DNA of 64,000 bases, taken from NCBI GenBank assembly GCA_029244935.1, contig JAQWQF010000011.1:1650-65649 (forward strand), read 5' to 3'. Below the pieces are notes generated by a model. It was given only the letters and a program-made list of their open reading frames with translations. It did no database searches and had not been told where the DNA came from. The position numbers and the translations under genes were made by a program. Numbering within the stretch: position 1 is the first letter of the stretch; every line of letters starts with the position of its first letter. Source of the stretch: Methylophilaceae bacterium. Its GTDB lineage: Bacteria > Pseudomonadota > Gammaproteobacteria > Burkholderiales > Methylophilaceae. Positions 28,721-41,488 of the stretch are shown here, one piece after another.

Positions 28721-30049
28721 CTAGAAGAATAAGATCGCACCAAGTGAGAAGTGATCACTTTCTGCTTTCAGACTGTTATGTGATTCTGCTTCCACCTTGT
28801 TGTACTCAGCAACTAAATTCAGATGCTTAGTTAACGGATGGTATGCACCAACAGTCCAACGTTTGTTTTCTTCAAGTAGTGAAGAAGTAGCTTCGCCAGA
28901 TGCTAGATCAAGATTTGATACACCATATGAAGCACCTAGTTTAGTGCCTGTAGGGATAACAAATGTAGCTTGAACATATCCACCGTCTGAATCACGTTCT
29001 TTACCAGCAGTAGTCGCGCCATTAGCGCCGAAGATTGTTGTACCAACACCTTCACCACTGTAGTAGTAACCAGTTAAACCAAAGTTACCTAGGTTTATGT
29101 TAGCACCAATATCAACCACTGTAGCATCGTATGTAGCAGATGCAACTGCAGCTGTAGAAGCTACCGCATCAGCAATCGTAACTGTTAATGAAACAGTACC
29201 AACCGCCGTATCTGTTACAGAACCAATCAATGTTGCTAGATAGTTGTAGTTTTTAGTTTTTGCAGCAACAGTAGCAACAGCAGCTGTTGGAGTTGTTGTT
29301 ACATCATATGCAGCACCAGAAACCCAAACTTTACCTTTAGCATCGCCAGCAGCAAAGTCGTATGAAGCTTTACCTTCGTAACCAAATTGATCCTGGAATG
29401 AAGTACCAAAGTTTTGGTTCGGGTTAGTAATACCAATAGTTGCTTGGAAACCATTCATGTTAGGAGTTGTATAAGCAACTTGACCTTTCCATGCTGGATA
29501 AATATAACCAGTACCGATACCACCTAATGAAGTAGATGAACCTGAGTTAGTTGAACCGCCTGCTGCACCAGCACCAAGAAGTGTCATGTCATTAAGGATC
29601 GCATCAGCAGCAAAGATACCAAGATCTTTACCCATTTTGATAGTACCCCATGATTTATCACCGAATGTCAAAAATGCTTGACGATTTAGTGGTGTTTTAG
29701 CATCACCAGCACCAGCATCTGAAACATTTGGCTGCATTGAAATAGTAAATGATACATCTAGGTCGTTTTGACGAGTTGTACCAGTAAAGCCTAACCATGC
29801 AGGTAATAGACCAGTGTTAATACCTTGTGAATCTGACTCACCGTTAGTATCTTTATATGTAGCAAGACCACCAGTGATTGAATTAGCTCCAGTAGTATCA
29901 TCACTACTGTGTGCTGTAGCATAAACGTTAACGTTACCATTAACATCTAATGTCCACTCACCAGCTGGAATTACAATACCAGCGTTGGCTGCAGTTGCAC
30001 CCAATACTAGTGTTGCACTTGCAACTGCTAGATTAATTTTCTTATTCAT
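28721..30049 (-). CDS. Outer-membrane porin (beta-barrel), probably highly expressed
   Basis: The start is set at ATG 30049 (MNKKINLAVASATLVLGATAANA, a signal peptide preceded by GGAG) rather than track start 30160. The sequence has alternating amphipathic Gly/Thr/Tyr-rich strands and ends in the OMP signature ...LGAILFF. C-ending codons (AAC, TTC, CAC, ATC) are used, unlike in neighbouring genes. Confidence 0.8.
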   Translation of the reverse strand: MNKKINLAVASATLVLGATAANAGIVIPAGEWTLDVNGNVNVYATAHSSDDTTGANSITGGLATYKDTNGESDSQGINTGLLPAWLGFTGTTRQNDLDVSFTISMQPNVSDAGAGDAKTPLNRQAFLTFGDKSWGTIKMGKDLGIFAADAILNDMTLLGAGAAGGSTNSGSSTSLGGIGTGYIYPAWKGQVAYTTPNMNGFQATIGITNPNQNFGTSFQDQFGYEGKASYDFAAGDAKGKVWVSGAAYDVTTTPTAAVATVAAKTKNYNYLATLIGSVTDTAVGTVSLTVTIADAVASTAAVASATYDATVVDIGANINLGNFGLTGYYYSGEGVGTTIFGANGATTAGKERDSDGGYVQATFVIPTGTKLGASYGVSNLDLASGEATSSLLEENKRWTVGAYHPLTKHLNLVAEYNKVEAESHNSLKAESDHFSLGAILFF

Positions 30050-30146
30050 TTGAATCTCCATAAAATTTAAAATGACCTTAAAAACTCTAAGACCTTTCAA
30101 AACATTTCCTGTGGTTAAAATTAAACTTACCAGGAACGTTGGACAC

Positions 30147-30176
30147 ATTATGACAAACAAGTGACTTCGTAATCAA
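30147..30176 (-). promoter_or_regulatory. Candidate sigma-70 promoter of the porin gene (TTGATT-18 nt-CATAAT)
   Basis: On the minus strand, -35 TTGATT at 30176-30171 and -10 CATAAT at 30152-30147. This would give a ~95-nt leader. The motif AAGTCAC occurs twice around it. Confidence 0.3.
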
Positions 30177-30266
30177 GTATTTTGTGACTTTATTGTTACA
30201 TTTATCTTTAATTTGTTGCATAAAAACAACAAAAGAGTCTTAAGTAACTGTTAATAAATGAATTTT

Positions 30267-31367
30267 TTATAATTTTGATGCGGCTTTAATTGCAAACCGA
30301 TCGGTCATACCCGCAATATAGTCTGCAACTACCCTTTGATGGTTATCAGTCCGATTTATGGAAAAATTTTCTGGGATAGCTTTAGGTTCTTTAATATAGT
30401 GAGCAAATAGTTTTTCGATTGTTTTGCCAGCATTTTGTGTCATTTTTGCAACATGAGGGTGCTCATACATTGCGTGCCTCAAAAATTGCTTCAACTCTTG
30501 CTGTTCTTGTTTAATAGAAGCCGAAAAATCAATTAAATGAGGTGAAATTCTTACATCGTCTATACTCTTGGGTTGATAAAAATCAAGATTCTTTTGGCTC
30601 TGAGAGCAAACATCCTCAATTAATATGTGAATCATGCGCCTCACCACCTCGTTAATTTTCTGACTATCATTAATATCAGAATATATATCATCAACCTCTT
30701 TGGCGCAGCGGCCAAATAAAGTATTTTTTATAAGAGCTTTGAAATCTAAAAGGCCAGAACGATAGCCATCATCAACATCATGATTATTATAGGCAATTTC
30801 ATCAGCAATATTAACGATCTGTGCTTCAAGTGAGGGTTGTTGTTTTTTAATAAATCTATCACCAATCAAACCAAGAGTTTTTGCATTATTAACTGAACAA
30901 TGCTTCAAGATTCCTTCACGAGATTCAAAAGTTAAATTTAAGCCATCGAAACTAGCATATCTTCTCTCCAGATAATCTACCACGCGTAAGGACTGAAGAT
31001 TATGCTCAAAACCACCATGTACTTTCATACAATTATTTAATGAATCCTGTCCAGCATGGCCAAAAGGAGTGTGTCCCAAGTCGTGAGCCAGAGCAATTGT
31101 CTCTGCCAGGTCCTCGTGACATCCCAACGTTCTAGAAATGCCCCTTGAAATTTGAGAGACTTCGATCGAATGCGTTAAACGAGTTCGGAACATATCCCCC
31201 TCATGATTAACAAAAACTTGAGTTTTATATTCTAGTCTACGGAAAGCGGAGGAATGAATAATTCTATCTCGGTCGCGCTGGAAATCATTGCGCGAATTAG
31301 ATTTACTTTCTTCATATTGCCGACCTAATGTTTTTATTGGGTCAGCAGCGTAAGGTTTTAATATCAT
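30267..31367 (-). CDS. dgt: Deoxyguanosinetriphosphate triphosphohydrolase-like protein (HD domain)
   Basis: 366 aa with FQRDRDRIIHSSAFRRLEYKTQVF, TRLTHSIEVSQISR and HDLGHTPFGH. It lies downstream of aroB as in many beta- and gamma-proteobacteria. Confidence 0.9.
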   Translation of the reverse strand: MILKPYAADPIKTLGRQYEESKSNSRNDFQRDRDRIIHSSAFRRLEYKTQVFVNHEGDMFRTRLTHSIEVSQISRGISRTLGCHEDLAETIALAHDLGHTPFGHAGQDSLNNCMKVHGGFEHNLQSLRVVDYLERRYASFDGLNLTFESREGILKHCSVNNAKTLGLIGDRFIKKQQPSLEAQIVNIADEIAYNNHDVDDGYRSGLLDFKALIKNTLFGRCAKEVDDIYSDINDSQKINEVVRRMIHILIEDVCSQSQKNLDFYQPKSIDDVRISPHLIDFSASIKQEQQELKQFLRHAMYEHPHVAKMTQNAGKTIEKLFAHYIKEPKAIPENFSINRTDNHQRVVADYIAGMTDRFAIKAASKL

Positions 31368-31375
31368 GAAAAATT

Positions 31376-32461
31376 TTAAGAAAAATTGTGGGTTAAAGTT
31401 TTACTTAAAATTTCTGGATCATATTCATTAGTGAGCATCGCTTCTCCGATCGCAGTCTGTAAAACTAGATTGATCTGGTTCCCTTTAGTTTTTTTATCAG
31501 ACATCATCAGATCAAGAAATTTCTTCTCAGAAATATCTGGCGGAGTGATCGGAAGACCAGCAAGCTCAATTAATTGAATAATTCTTAAGTATTCTGGAGT
31601 TCTGAGCCACCCAAGTTCTTTTGACATAAAGGCAGCCATAATCATACCAATTGCAACTGCTTCACCATGAAGCCAATTGCCATAACCCATTTCATTTTCA
31701 ATTGCATGCCCAAAAGTATGTCCTAAATTAAGAGTTGCACGAATATTCTTATCAGATTCAAGCTCATCAGCCTCAACTACTTCCGCTTTATTTGTGCATG
31801 AGCGCTCAACTGCTTCAATCAAGCTAGCCGAGTCTTTATTAGTTAATTTTTTCATATAAGTTTCAAGCCAATTAAAAAATTCTAGATCTCTAATAAGTCC
31901 GTACTTAATAACTTCCGCTAACCCTGCTGATAATTCTCTTTGGGGTAAAGTATTTAATAAATTGATGTCTGCCACAACACATTTAGGCTGATAAAATGCA
32001 CCAATCATGTTTTTTCCTAAACTATGGTTAATGCCGGTTTTGCCTCCAACAGAAGAATCAACTTGCGACAATAACGTAGTAGGGATTTGTATAAAATCAA
32101 CACCACGCATAAAGCTTGCAGCAGCAAATCCACAAATATCTCCAACTACACCTCCCCCAAGAGCTATAAGAAGAACATCACGTCCAGCTTTATTTTTAAG
32201 AAGTTCATCATATATTAGGTTGAGTGTATCTAAATTTTTATAAGATTCGCCGTCTGGAAGAATAATAGGAATAATCTTTTTATCCTTACCTAAAGTCTGA
32301 GTAAGAATATTTAGATATAACGGTGCAACTATATCGTTGGTAACAATTGCAATGGTTTTAGCTTTTGCATGTCTTTGAAAAATTTCTTTGTCATTCAATA
32401 AATTATGACCTATATATATAGGATAACTTCTATCGCCCAAATTAATATTTAATGTCTTCAT
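31376..32461 (-). CDS. aroB: 3-dehydroquinate synthase
   Basis: 361 aa with GGGVVGDICGFAAASFMRGVDFIQIPTTLLSQVDSSVGGKTGIN and NLGHTFGHAIE. Confidence 0.96.
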   Translation of the reverse strand: MKTLNINLGDRSYPIYIGHNLLNDKEIFQRHAKAKTIAIVTNDIVAPLYLNILTQTLGKDKKIIPIILPDGESYKNLDTLNLIYDELLKNKAGRDVLLIALGGGVVGDICGFAAASFMRGVDFIQIPTTLLSQVDSSVGGKTGINHSLGKNMIGAFYQPKCVVADINLLNTLPQRELSAGLAEVIKYGLIRDLEFFNWLETYMKKLTNKDSASLIEAVERSCTNKAEVVEADELESDKNIRATLNLGHTFGHAIENEMGYGNWLHGEAVAIGMIMAAFMSKELGWLRTPEYLRIIQLIELAGLPITPPDISEKKFLDLMMSDKKTKGNQINLVLQTAIGEAMLTNEYDPEILSKTLTHNFS

Positions 32462-32979
32462 AGTTGTTTAATAATTATCTCAATTTCATTAGCAATATCT
32501 GTAGCTCGCTTCTTTTTAGTTTCGATTACATAGTCTGAAATTGATTTATATATTGGGTCACGCTCTTTTAAAAGATTTTTTAATTTATCCTTGATATCAA
32601 CTCCTTGAAGCAGTGGCCTTGTCAAATCAGATTTTAATCGGCTCGCTAACAAATCATAATCTGCTTTCAAATAAATTACTAAACCATTTTTCACTAAAAG
32701 TTTTTGATTGATTTCTTCAAGAATAATTCCGCCCCCAGTTGCTAAAATAATATTTTTCATTGTTACTAGCTCTTCTAATACTTTTGTTTCCCTCTTTCTA
32801 AAGCCCTCTTCTCCCTCATATTCAAATATTAAAGGAACTCTAACTCCCGTTCTTTCCTCAATCAAATGATCGCTATCGATAAAAGATTTTCCTAGTTTTT
32901 TAGAGGCTAATTTTCCGACGGTCGTTTTTCCTGACCCCATTAATCCTACCAAATAAATATTATTTACATTTTTTATCAT
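32458..32979 (-). CDS. aroK: Shikimate kinase
   Basis: 173 aa with the P-loop GLMGSGKTTVG, followed by FIDSD and ATGGG. It overlaps aroB by 4 nt. Confidence 0.94.
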   Translation of the reverse strand: MIKNVNNIYLVGLMGSGKTTVGKLASKKLGKSFIDSDHLIEERTGVRVPLIFEYEGEEGFRKRETKVLEELVTMKNIILATGGGIILEEINQKLLVKNGLVIYLKADYDLLASRLKSDLTRPLLQGVDIKDKLKNLLKERDPIYKSISDYVIETKKKRATDIANEIEIIIKQL

Positions 32980-33072
32980 TTAATTTTATACATTATGCAA
33001 TATTTAGACATAGTAATATTATTCTTAATCACTATAATAAACGTTTATCTGTAAAAATATATTTTTTCATCA

Positions 33073-35358
33073 ATGCTATCAACATTAAAAAATTTTTTAA
33101 TCCGGGCATTTCTGGCTGGGCTTTCAACAGTGGCTATGGTATTTTTTGTAGCTCTACTCATATACCCCTCATTACCGAATATTGATCGTCTATCAGAATA
33201 CAGACCAAAACAACCTCTCCAAATTTTTTCTTCTGATGGAGCATTAATTGCTGAGTTTGGGGAAGAACGCCGAGAATACACATCAATAAAAACCGTCCCT
33301 CAAAAAATGATCAATGCTATCATCGCCATAGAAGATAGACGTTTTTTTGAACATCCAGGTTTTGATATAATTGGGGTAATACGTGCGGCCCTAAAGAATC
33401 TAACCGGGCAAAGCCATGAGGGGGCAAGTACTATCACAATGCAAGTAGCAAGAAATTTCTTTCTTTCCTCCGAAAAAACATTAAAGCGAAAAATAAATGA
33501 AGTCTTACTCGCAATTAAAATTGAAAGAAATCTGTCAAAAGAGGAAATACTAGGGCTTTATATTAATCAAATTTATTTGGGTCAACGTTCCTTTGGTTTT
33601 TCTGCAGCCGCAGATACTTATTTTGATAAAGATTTATCCGAATTAAATTTAGCAGAAACTGCCTTATTAGCTGGGCTTCCAAAAGCACCGAGTCGCTACA
33701 ATCCATTTATTAATCCTGATCGTGCAATAAAAAGGCAACAAGCAGTATTATTTAGTATGAAAAGGCATGGATTTATTGATAACCCAACCTATATATTGGC
33801 GCTAGAAGAGCCATTAAACTTAAGGGTTTCTTCTCTAAAAAGAGAGCTGAGAGCAGATTATATTGCTGAAATGGTTCGTAAAACTCTATATGAAGAGTTA
33901 GGAGAGAAGATTTATACCAGTGGATTAAAAGTCTATACAACACTTAAGAAGAAAAACCAACGCTTCGCAAAACAAGCTGTCAAAAATGGCATTATTAATT
34001 TTATTAACCGTCATGAATTATCTCCCAACGAGAGCTTTATTGATTTAGATGAAAAATCATTTGAAGACGAAAAAGAAAGGACAAAATATCTAGTAAATAA
34101 ACTTCGACTTATTCCTACCTACAATAATTTTATTCCAGGAGTAATTTTAAAAACACAGCCACAAAAAGTTGAGGCACTCCTCAAAAATGGGAAGAAAATT
34201 AGTGTCTTTCGAAGAGGCTTAACACTTCTTAAAGATGATCTAAAAAAAGAAAATATTGATGAAAAAATTATCAAGCCTGGATCTGTAATTCGTTTTGTTA
34301 AAAATTATGGCAGATGGGTTGCCACTCAGCTGCCAGAAGTTGAAGCATCATTAGTTTCAATGGATCCTCAAACGGGAGCTATTCTTGCCCTAGTTGGTGG
34401 ATTTGATTTTCATCGTAATAAATATAATCATATTACCCAATCGCAAAGACAACCAGGATCAATATTCAAGCCTTTTATTTATTCTGCTGCCCTTGAAAAA
34501 GGAGTCAATGCAGCTACATTAGTTAATGATAGCCCACTCTCCATTAGTGCAAGGGAACTTAATACTAATCAAGCATGGGAGCCACAAAATTATAATGAAA
34601 AATACACAGGGCCAATGCGCCTTCGAAAAGGACTCGCACTTTCTAAAAATTTAGTAGCCATTAGGGTCTTGCGCTATATTGGGCCTAAATATGCACAGGA
34701 CTATATAACTCGGTTTGGCTTTGACAAAAAGAAACATCCTCCTTACCTATCAATGGCTTTAGGAGTTGGAGAGGTTACTGCATTAGAAATGGTTTCTGCC
34801 TATGGAGTATTTGCTAATGGTGGTTATTTAAAAAAACCTTATTTTATTGAAAAAATTATTGACTCTGAGGGCAGAAAAATAAAAAACAGTTCAAAACTTA
34901 TGAATGATGAGACCCCACGTATTATCGACCCAAGAAATGCCTTTATTATGACAGATATGCTTAAAGAAGTTATTAACACAGGAACAGGTAGAAAAGCTAA
35001 GCGGCTAAAACGTTCAGACATTGGTGGGAAAACTGGGACTACTAACGATTTAATCGATGCATGGTTTGCAGGATTTAATCCTGATATTGTAACTGTTACC
35101 TGGATGGGTTATGACCAACCAAAACCATTAGGTAAAAAAGAGACTGGGGCACGAGCCGCCCTTCCAATATGGATAGATTATATGGAGCCTATTTTGGACC
35201 AATATCCAATTAAATTGTTAGCTGAGCCAGAAGGTATTACTCCGTATAAAATTAATCCAGACAATAGTTTAATAGTAAAACCATCAGAAAAAGGTTTCTA
35301 CGAATACTTTTATGATGAATTTAAACCCCAAAGTAATGCTTATTTTATGATTAATTAA
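33073..35358 (+). CDS. mrcA: Penicillin-binding protein 1A (bifunctional glycosyltransferase/transpeptidase)
   Basis: 761 aa with an N-terminal anchor, GT51 motifs (AIEDRRFFEHPGFD, GASTITMQVARN, RKINE), and transpeptidase motifs SIFK, SKN and KTGTT. Confidence 0.96.
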   Translation: MLSTLKNFLIRAFLAGLSTVAMVFFVALLIYPSLPNIDRLSEYRPKQPLQIFSSDGALIAEFGEERREYTSIKTVPQKMINAIIAIEDRRFFEHPGFDIIGVIRAALKNLTGQSHEGASTITMQVARNFFLSSEKTLKRKINEVLLAIKIERNLSKEEILGLYINQIYLGQRSFGFSAAADTYFDKDLSELNLAETALLAGLPKAPSRYNPFINPDRAIKRQQAVLFSMKRHGFIDNPTYILALEEPLNLRVSSLKRELRADYIAEMVRKTLYEELGEKIYTSGLKVYTTLKKKNQRFAKQAVKNGIINFINRHELSPNESFIDLDEKSFEDEKERTKYLVNKLRLIPTYNNFIPGVILKTQPQKVEALLKNGKKISVFRRGLTLLKDDLKKENIDEKIIKPGSVIRFVKNYGRWVATQLPEVEASLVSMDPQTGAILALVGGFDFHRNKYNHITQSQRQPGSIFKPFIYSAALEKGVNAATLVNDSPLSISARELNTNQAWEPQNYNEKYTGPMRLRKGLALSKNLVAIRVLRYIGPKYAQDYITRFGFDKKKHPPYLSMALGVGEVTALEMVSAYGVFANGGYLKKPYFIEKIIDSEGRKIKNSSKLMNDETPRIIDPRNAFIMTDMLKEVINTGTGRKAKRLKRSDIGGKTGTTNDLIDAWFAGFNPDIVTVTWMGYDQPKPLGKKETGARAALPIWIDYMEPILDQYPIKLLAEPEGITPYKINPDNSLIVKPSEKGFYEYFYDEFKPQSNAYFMIN

Positions 35359-35360
35359 CT

Positions 35361-37729
<2,369 letters not shown>

Positions 37730-37737
<8 letters not shown>

Positions 37738-38752
37738 TAGACAATGTTATCAATTCTTTTAGTTTAAGAAGTGCTGCACCTGAATCAATGACTTTATTTG
37801 CCTTTTTTATACCGGTCTCAATATCGTCAACTAAACCGCTTACGTATATAGCTGCACCAGCATTTAGTAATGAAATATTCCTTGCTGTAGAGGATTTTCC
37901 GTTCAAAATATCTAACATCATAGCCTTGGAATGAGCCACATCATCAACCTTAATATCGTCTAACTTGCCTAATGGAATATCATAGTCACTTGGATTAATA
38001 ACATATTCTTTAATTTCCTTGTTCCTCAATTCTGCTACAAATGTTTTTCCTGTAATGGAAATTTCATCCATGCCATCTTCGCCACTAACTATCATAACGT
38101 GGGTACTACCTAGTTTTTCTAACACTCTTGCCAATACTGGTGTTAGGCTTTTTTGGTAAACACCTAGTATTTGCTGTTTTGCACTAGCAGGATTAGTTAG
38201 CGGCCCTAATAAATTGAATATCGTTCTTACGCCCAAATCTTTTCTTATGGGAGCTACGTATTTCATTGCAGGATGATAGTTTGGAGCGAACATAAAACCA
38301 ATACCAATTTTATTTACAATACTAGCAATTTGTAAATGATTTAAATTAACATTAACTCCAAGCGCCTCTAAAACATCTGCGCTTCCACACTTAGAAGAAA
38401 CCGATCGACCTCCGTGTTTAGCAACTTTCACGCCTGCTGCTGCTGCAATAATTGCACTTATAGTTGAAACATTGAATGTTTGAAGGCTATCACCTCCCGT
38501 TACACAGGTATCAACTAGGTGCTGAGTGTCTTCTATCGTAACCTTATTTGAGTGTTTTCTCATAACAGAAGCAGCGCCTGTAATCTCATCAATACTCTCA
38601 CCCTTAATTTTTATCCCAATTAATATACTTGCAATTTGAGCTGGCGTTAAATTTCCAGTCATTAGCTCATTCATAATTACCGACATATCATCGAAAGAGA
38701 TATTCTTACCCTTCGATAAATTATTTAAACAATATTTAAAATGTTCACTCAT
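37730..38752 (-). CDS. trpD: Anthranilate phosphoribosyltransferase
   Basis: 340 aa with [36 protein letters not shown] and [15 protein letters not shown]. Confidence 0.96.
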
Positions 38753-39314
38753 ATTTTTTTACAAAATTAGACAGAAGGTCATGCCCATATTCTGTCAGAA
38801 TTGATTCAGGATGAAATTGTACTCCTTCTATAGGTAGTGACTTATGTTGTATTCCCATAATCTCTTGATCCTCTGTCCATGCTGTAATATCAAAACAATC
38901 TGGAATAGATTCTTTTTCAATAACTAAAGAATGGTATCGCGTCGCGGTAAAGGGATTACTTATTCCCTTAAATACTCCCTCATTTGTATGATGAATTGGT
39001 GAAGTTTTTCCATGCATAATTGTTTTTGCGTAAGTAATTTTTCCCCCAAAAGCTTGGCCAATAGTTTGGTGCCCAAGACAGACACCTAAAATTGGAACCT
39101 CTTCTTTAAAATGATTTACAACCTCCAAAGAAATGCCTGCTTCGTTTGGAGAACATGGCCCAGGAGAAATAACAATAAACTTTGGATTGATAGTCTTAAT
39201 TTCTTCTATAGATATTTGATCATTACGGTACACAGAAACTTCTTGGCCTAACTCTCCGAAGTATTGGACTAGGTTATAAGTAAAAGAATCGTAATTATCG
39301 ATCATAAGCAACAT
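38745..39314 (-). CDS. trpG: Anthranilate synthase component II (glutamine amidotransferase)
   Basis: 189 aa with [21 protein letters not shown] and the FHPES triad. Confidence 0.95.
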   Translation of the reverse strand: MLLMIDNYDSFTYNLVQYFGELGQEVSVYRNDQISIEEIKTINPKFIVISPGPCSPNEAGISLEVVNHFKEEVPILGVCLGHQTIGQAFGGKITYAKTIMHGKTSPIHHTNEGVFKGISNPFTATRYHSLVIEKESIPDCFDITAWTEDQEIMGIQHKSLPIEGVQFHPESILTEYGHDLLSNFVKKYE

Positions 39315-39317
39315 TTT

Positions 39318-40814
39318 TTATTCGTCCAATCCAGATTGAGCTAGTTCAGCCGATCGTAAAATTGCTTTTGCTTTATTTTGCGTTTCTACCCATTCATTTT
39401 TAGGTACTGAATCAGATACTATGCCTGCCCCTGCTTGAACATAAAGTACATTATCTTTAATAACTGCCGTCCTGATTGCAATTGCAACATTCATGTCACC
39501 ATCAAATCCGAGATAACCTACGGCTCCTGAATAAACACCTCTCTTAGTTTTTTCTAATTCATTAATAATTTCCATAGCCCTAACTTTTGGCGCTCCACTA
39601 ACAGTTCCAGCTGGAAATGAAGCTTTTAAAACGTCAATTGCAGATAATTTATTTTTAATGGTGCCTTCAACATTAGAAACAATATGCATTACATGGGAGT
39701 ACTTCTCAATTATCATTCTATCTGTAACATTTACAGTTCCAGTTTTTGCAACTCTTCCTACATCATTTCTACCTAAATCCATTAATTGAACATGCTCCGC
39801 AATTTCTTTTGGGTCTGCTAACAAATCTTTTTCAAATTGAGCATCCTCAGCCTCATCTTTACCTCTTGGCCTTGTTCCTGCAATTGGTCTTACAGTAACT
39901 TTCTCGCCGACTAAAGTAACTAAAATCTCCGGAGAAGCACCAACTACATAATGATCACCCATGTGGTAGAAAAACATATAAGGGGATGGGTTTAGGCTAC
40001 GTAGAGTACGATATAAGGACAACGGATTTGATTCAAAAGACTTAGTCATTCTCTGAGATAAGACTACTTGCATAATATCGCCATCAAAAATATATTGCTT
40101 AACTTTTTCTACTGCTGCTTTGAATTCATCTTCTCCAAATTCTGAGACCACTTCAGATAAATTGTTATTGCCAGAATCAGCACTCTCAAAAGAAGCGAAA
40201 GGTGAAGGTCCAGATTGTAATTTACCTATTAATGCTCGAAGATTTTCTAAGCCTAATTCATAGGCATCAGGAATTGAAGGGTCAACATAATTAATAATAA
40301 ATAATGTTCCAGATATATTATCAAATACTACAATCTCATCTGAAAGCATTAACAGAATATCAGGTAAGTCTAACTTATCCTCCACAAAGTTTTTACATAA
40401 CTTCGGTTCAATATATTTAATAGTTTCATACCCAAAATAACCAGCAAGGCCTCCCGAAAATCTTGGTAAATCTAAATCAGTTGGCACTTTAAAATTAGCC
40501 ATAAAGTTATCGATAAAATCTAATGGATTTTCGTCGTTAATCTCTTTCTTTACTTTATTATCTTCTAGAATCAGAATTTTATTATCATTAATTTGTATTC
40601 TCAATTTTGACGGAAGGCCAATTATTGAATATCGTCCAAATTTATCCCCACCCTCAACAGATTCTAATAAATAACTATATGGTTGGTTTGCTAATTTTGC
40701 ATAAACTGAAAGGGGCGTATCTAAATCTGCAAAGCTTTCTAAAACTAAAGGTATTCTATTAAATCCTTGTTCTTTATATTCCTGAAATTTTTCTTTTGTT
40801 AGCGTAGTAAACAT
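39318..40814 (-). CDS. trpE: Anthranilate synthase component I
   Basis: 498 aa with the LLESVEGG Trp-feedback motif, GTRPRG and GAVGYLGFDGDMNVAIAIRT. Confidence 0.96.
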   Translation of the reverse strand: MFTTLTKEKFQEYKEQGFNRIPLVLESFADLDTPLSVYAKLANQPYSYLLESVEGGDKFGRYSIIGLPSKLRIQINDNKILILEDNKVKKEINDENPLDFIDNFMANFKVPTDLDLPRFSGGLAGYFGYETIKYIEPKLCKNFVEDKLDLPDILLMLSDEIVVFDNISGTLFIINYVDPSIPDAYELGLENLRALIGKLQSGPSPFASFESADSGNNNLSEVVSEFGEDEFKAAVEKVKQYIFDGDIMQVVLSQRMTKSFESNPLSLYRTLRSLNPSPYMFFYHMGDHYVVGASPEILVTLVGEKVTVRPIAGTRPRGKDEAEDAQFEKDLLADPKEIAEHVQLMDLGRNDVGRVAKTGTVNVTDRMIIEKYSHVMHIVSNVEGTIKNKLSAIDVLKASFPAGTVSGAPKVRAMEIINELEKTKRGVYSGAVGYLGFDGDMNVAIAIRTAVIKDNVLYVQAGAGIVSDSVPKNEWVETQNKAKAILRSAELAQSGLDE

Positions 40815-40818
40815 TTTC

Positions 40819-41487
40819 TTAATTTATAATTGTTACCAGATCATTTAAATTTTCTATTGCCAAATCCACTTTATCAGATTCAATTGATTCCCCATATTGA
40901 TATCCGTAAGGGACAGTTACCACATAGGTACCTGCAGAGAATCCAGCTTCAATATCATTACATGAATCGCCCACCATTATCGCTTCTTTTGGCTCTAATT
41001 CTAACTTATCACAACTGTAATGAAGTGGCATAGGATCTGGTTTTTTTTTACTAACTGTATCTCCTGATACAACTAAATCCAAATAAGCAATTAATCCAGA
41101 TTTTTTAAGGATCGCATGAGTATAAATTTCCGGTTTATTTGTGACGCAAGCTAAACTTAATTTCTTCTTCTTAAGCTTTATTAATGTTTCTTTTACGCCA
41201 TCATAAGGCAAACTTTGGGCAGCTTTTAAAATATAATATTTATCAAATAATTTTCTTGCTTTTTTAAACAAAACTTCGGGGTTTTTATTAGATGAATATG
41301 AAATTGATTTTCTAACTAAATTATCTGCCCCTTTACCAATAAAACTTTTAATAACATTACTTTCTAGGCCTTGCAAATCAATATCTTTTAACATTTTATT
41401 TGTTGCAAAACTTAACTCTGGTGCAGTATCAAATAAAGTCCCATCTAAATCAAAAAAAACACCTTTTATATTAGTAAATTTTTTCAA
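40819..41487 (-). CDS. gph: Phosphoglycolate phosphatase (HAD superfamily)
   Basis: 222 aa with FDLDGTLFDT and VGDSCNDIEAG. The rpe-gph-trpE order is conserved in beta- and gamma-proteobacteria. Confidence 0.85.
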   Translation of the reverse strand: MKKFTNIKGVFFDLDGTLFDTAPELSFATNKMLKDIDLQGLESNVIKSFIGKGADNLVRKSISYSSNKNPEVLFKKARKLFDKYYILKAAQSLPYDGVKETLIKLKKKKLSLACVTNKPEIYTHAILKKSGLIAYLDLVVSGDTVSKKKPDPMPLHYSCDKLELEPKEAIMVGDSCNDIEAGFSAGTYVVTVPYGYQYGESIESDKVDLAIENLNDLVTIIN

Positions 41488-41488
41488 A

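Noticed and set aside
30050-30160. 37-codon N-terminal extension of the porin ORF (MFVIMCPTFLVSL...)
   Set aside because: The internal ATG at 30049 is preceded by GGAG and is followed by a textbook signal peptide (MNKKINLAVASATLVLGATAANA). The extension is merely an open frame in the leader. The same reasoning applies to the extensions of ssb (17415-17492), the VOC gene (14452-14517) and gatA (52782-52805).
30213-30232. Inverted repeat TTGTTG-N8-CAACAA downstream of dgt, considered as a terminator
   Set aside because: The stem is 6 bp, AT-rich and not followed by a clear T-run on the relevant (minus) strand. This is not convincing.
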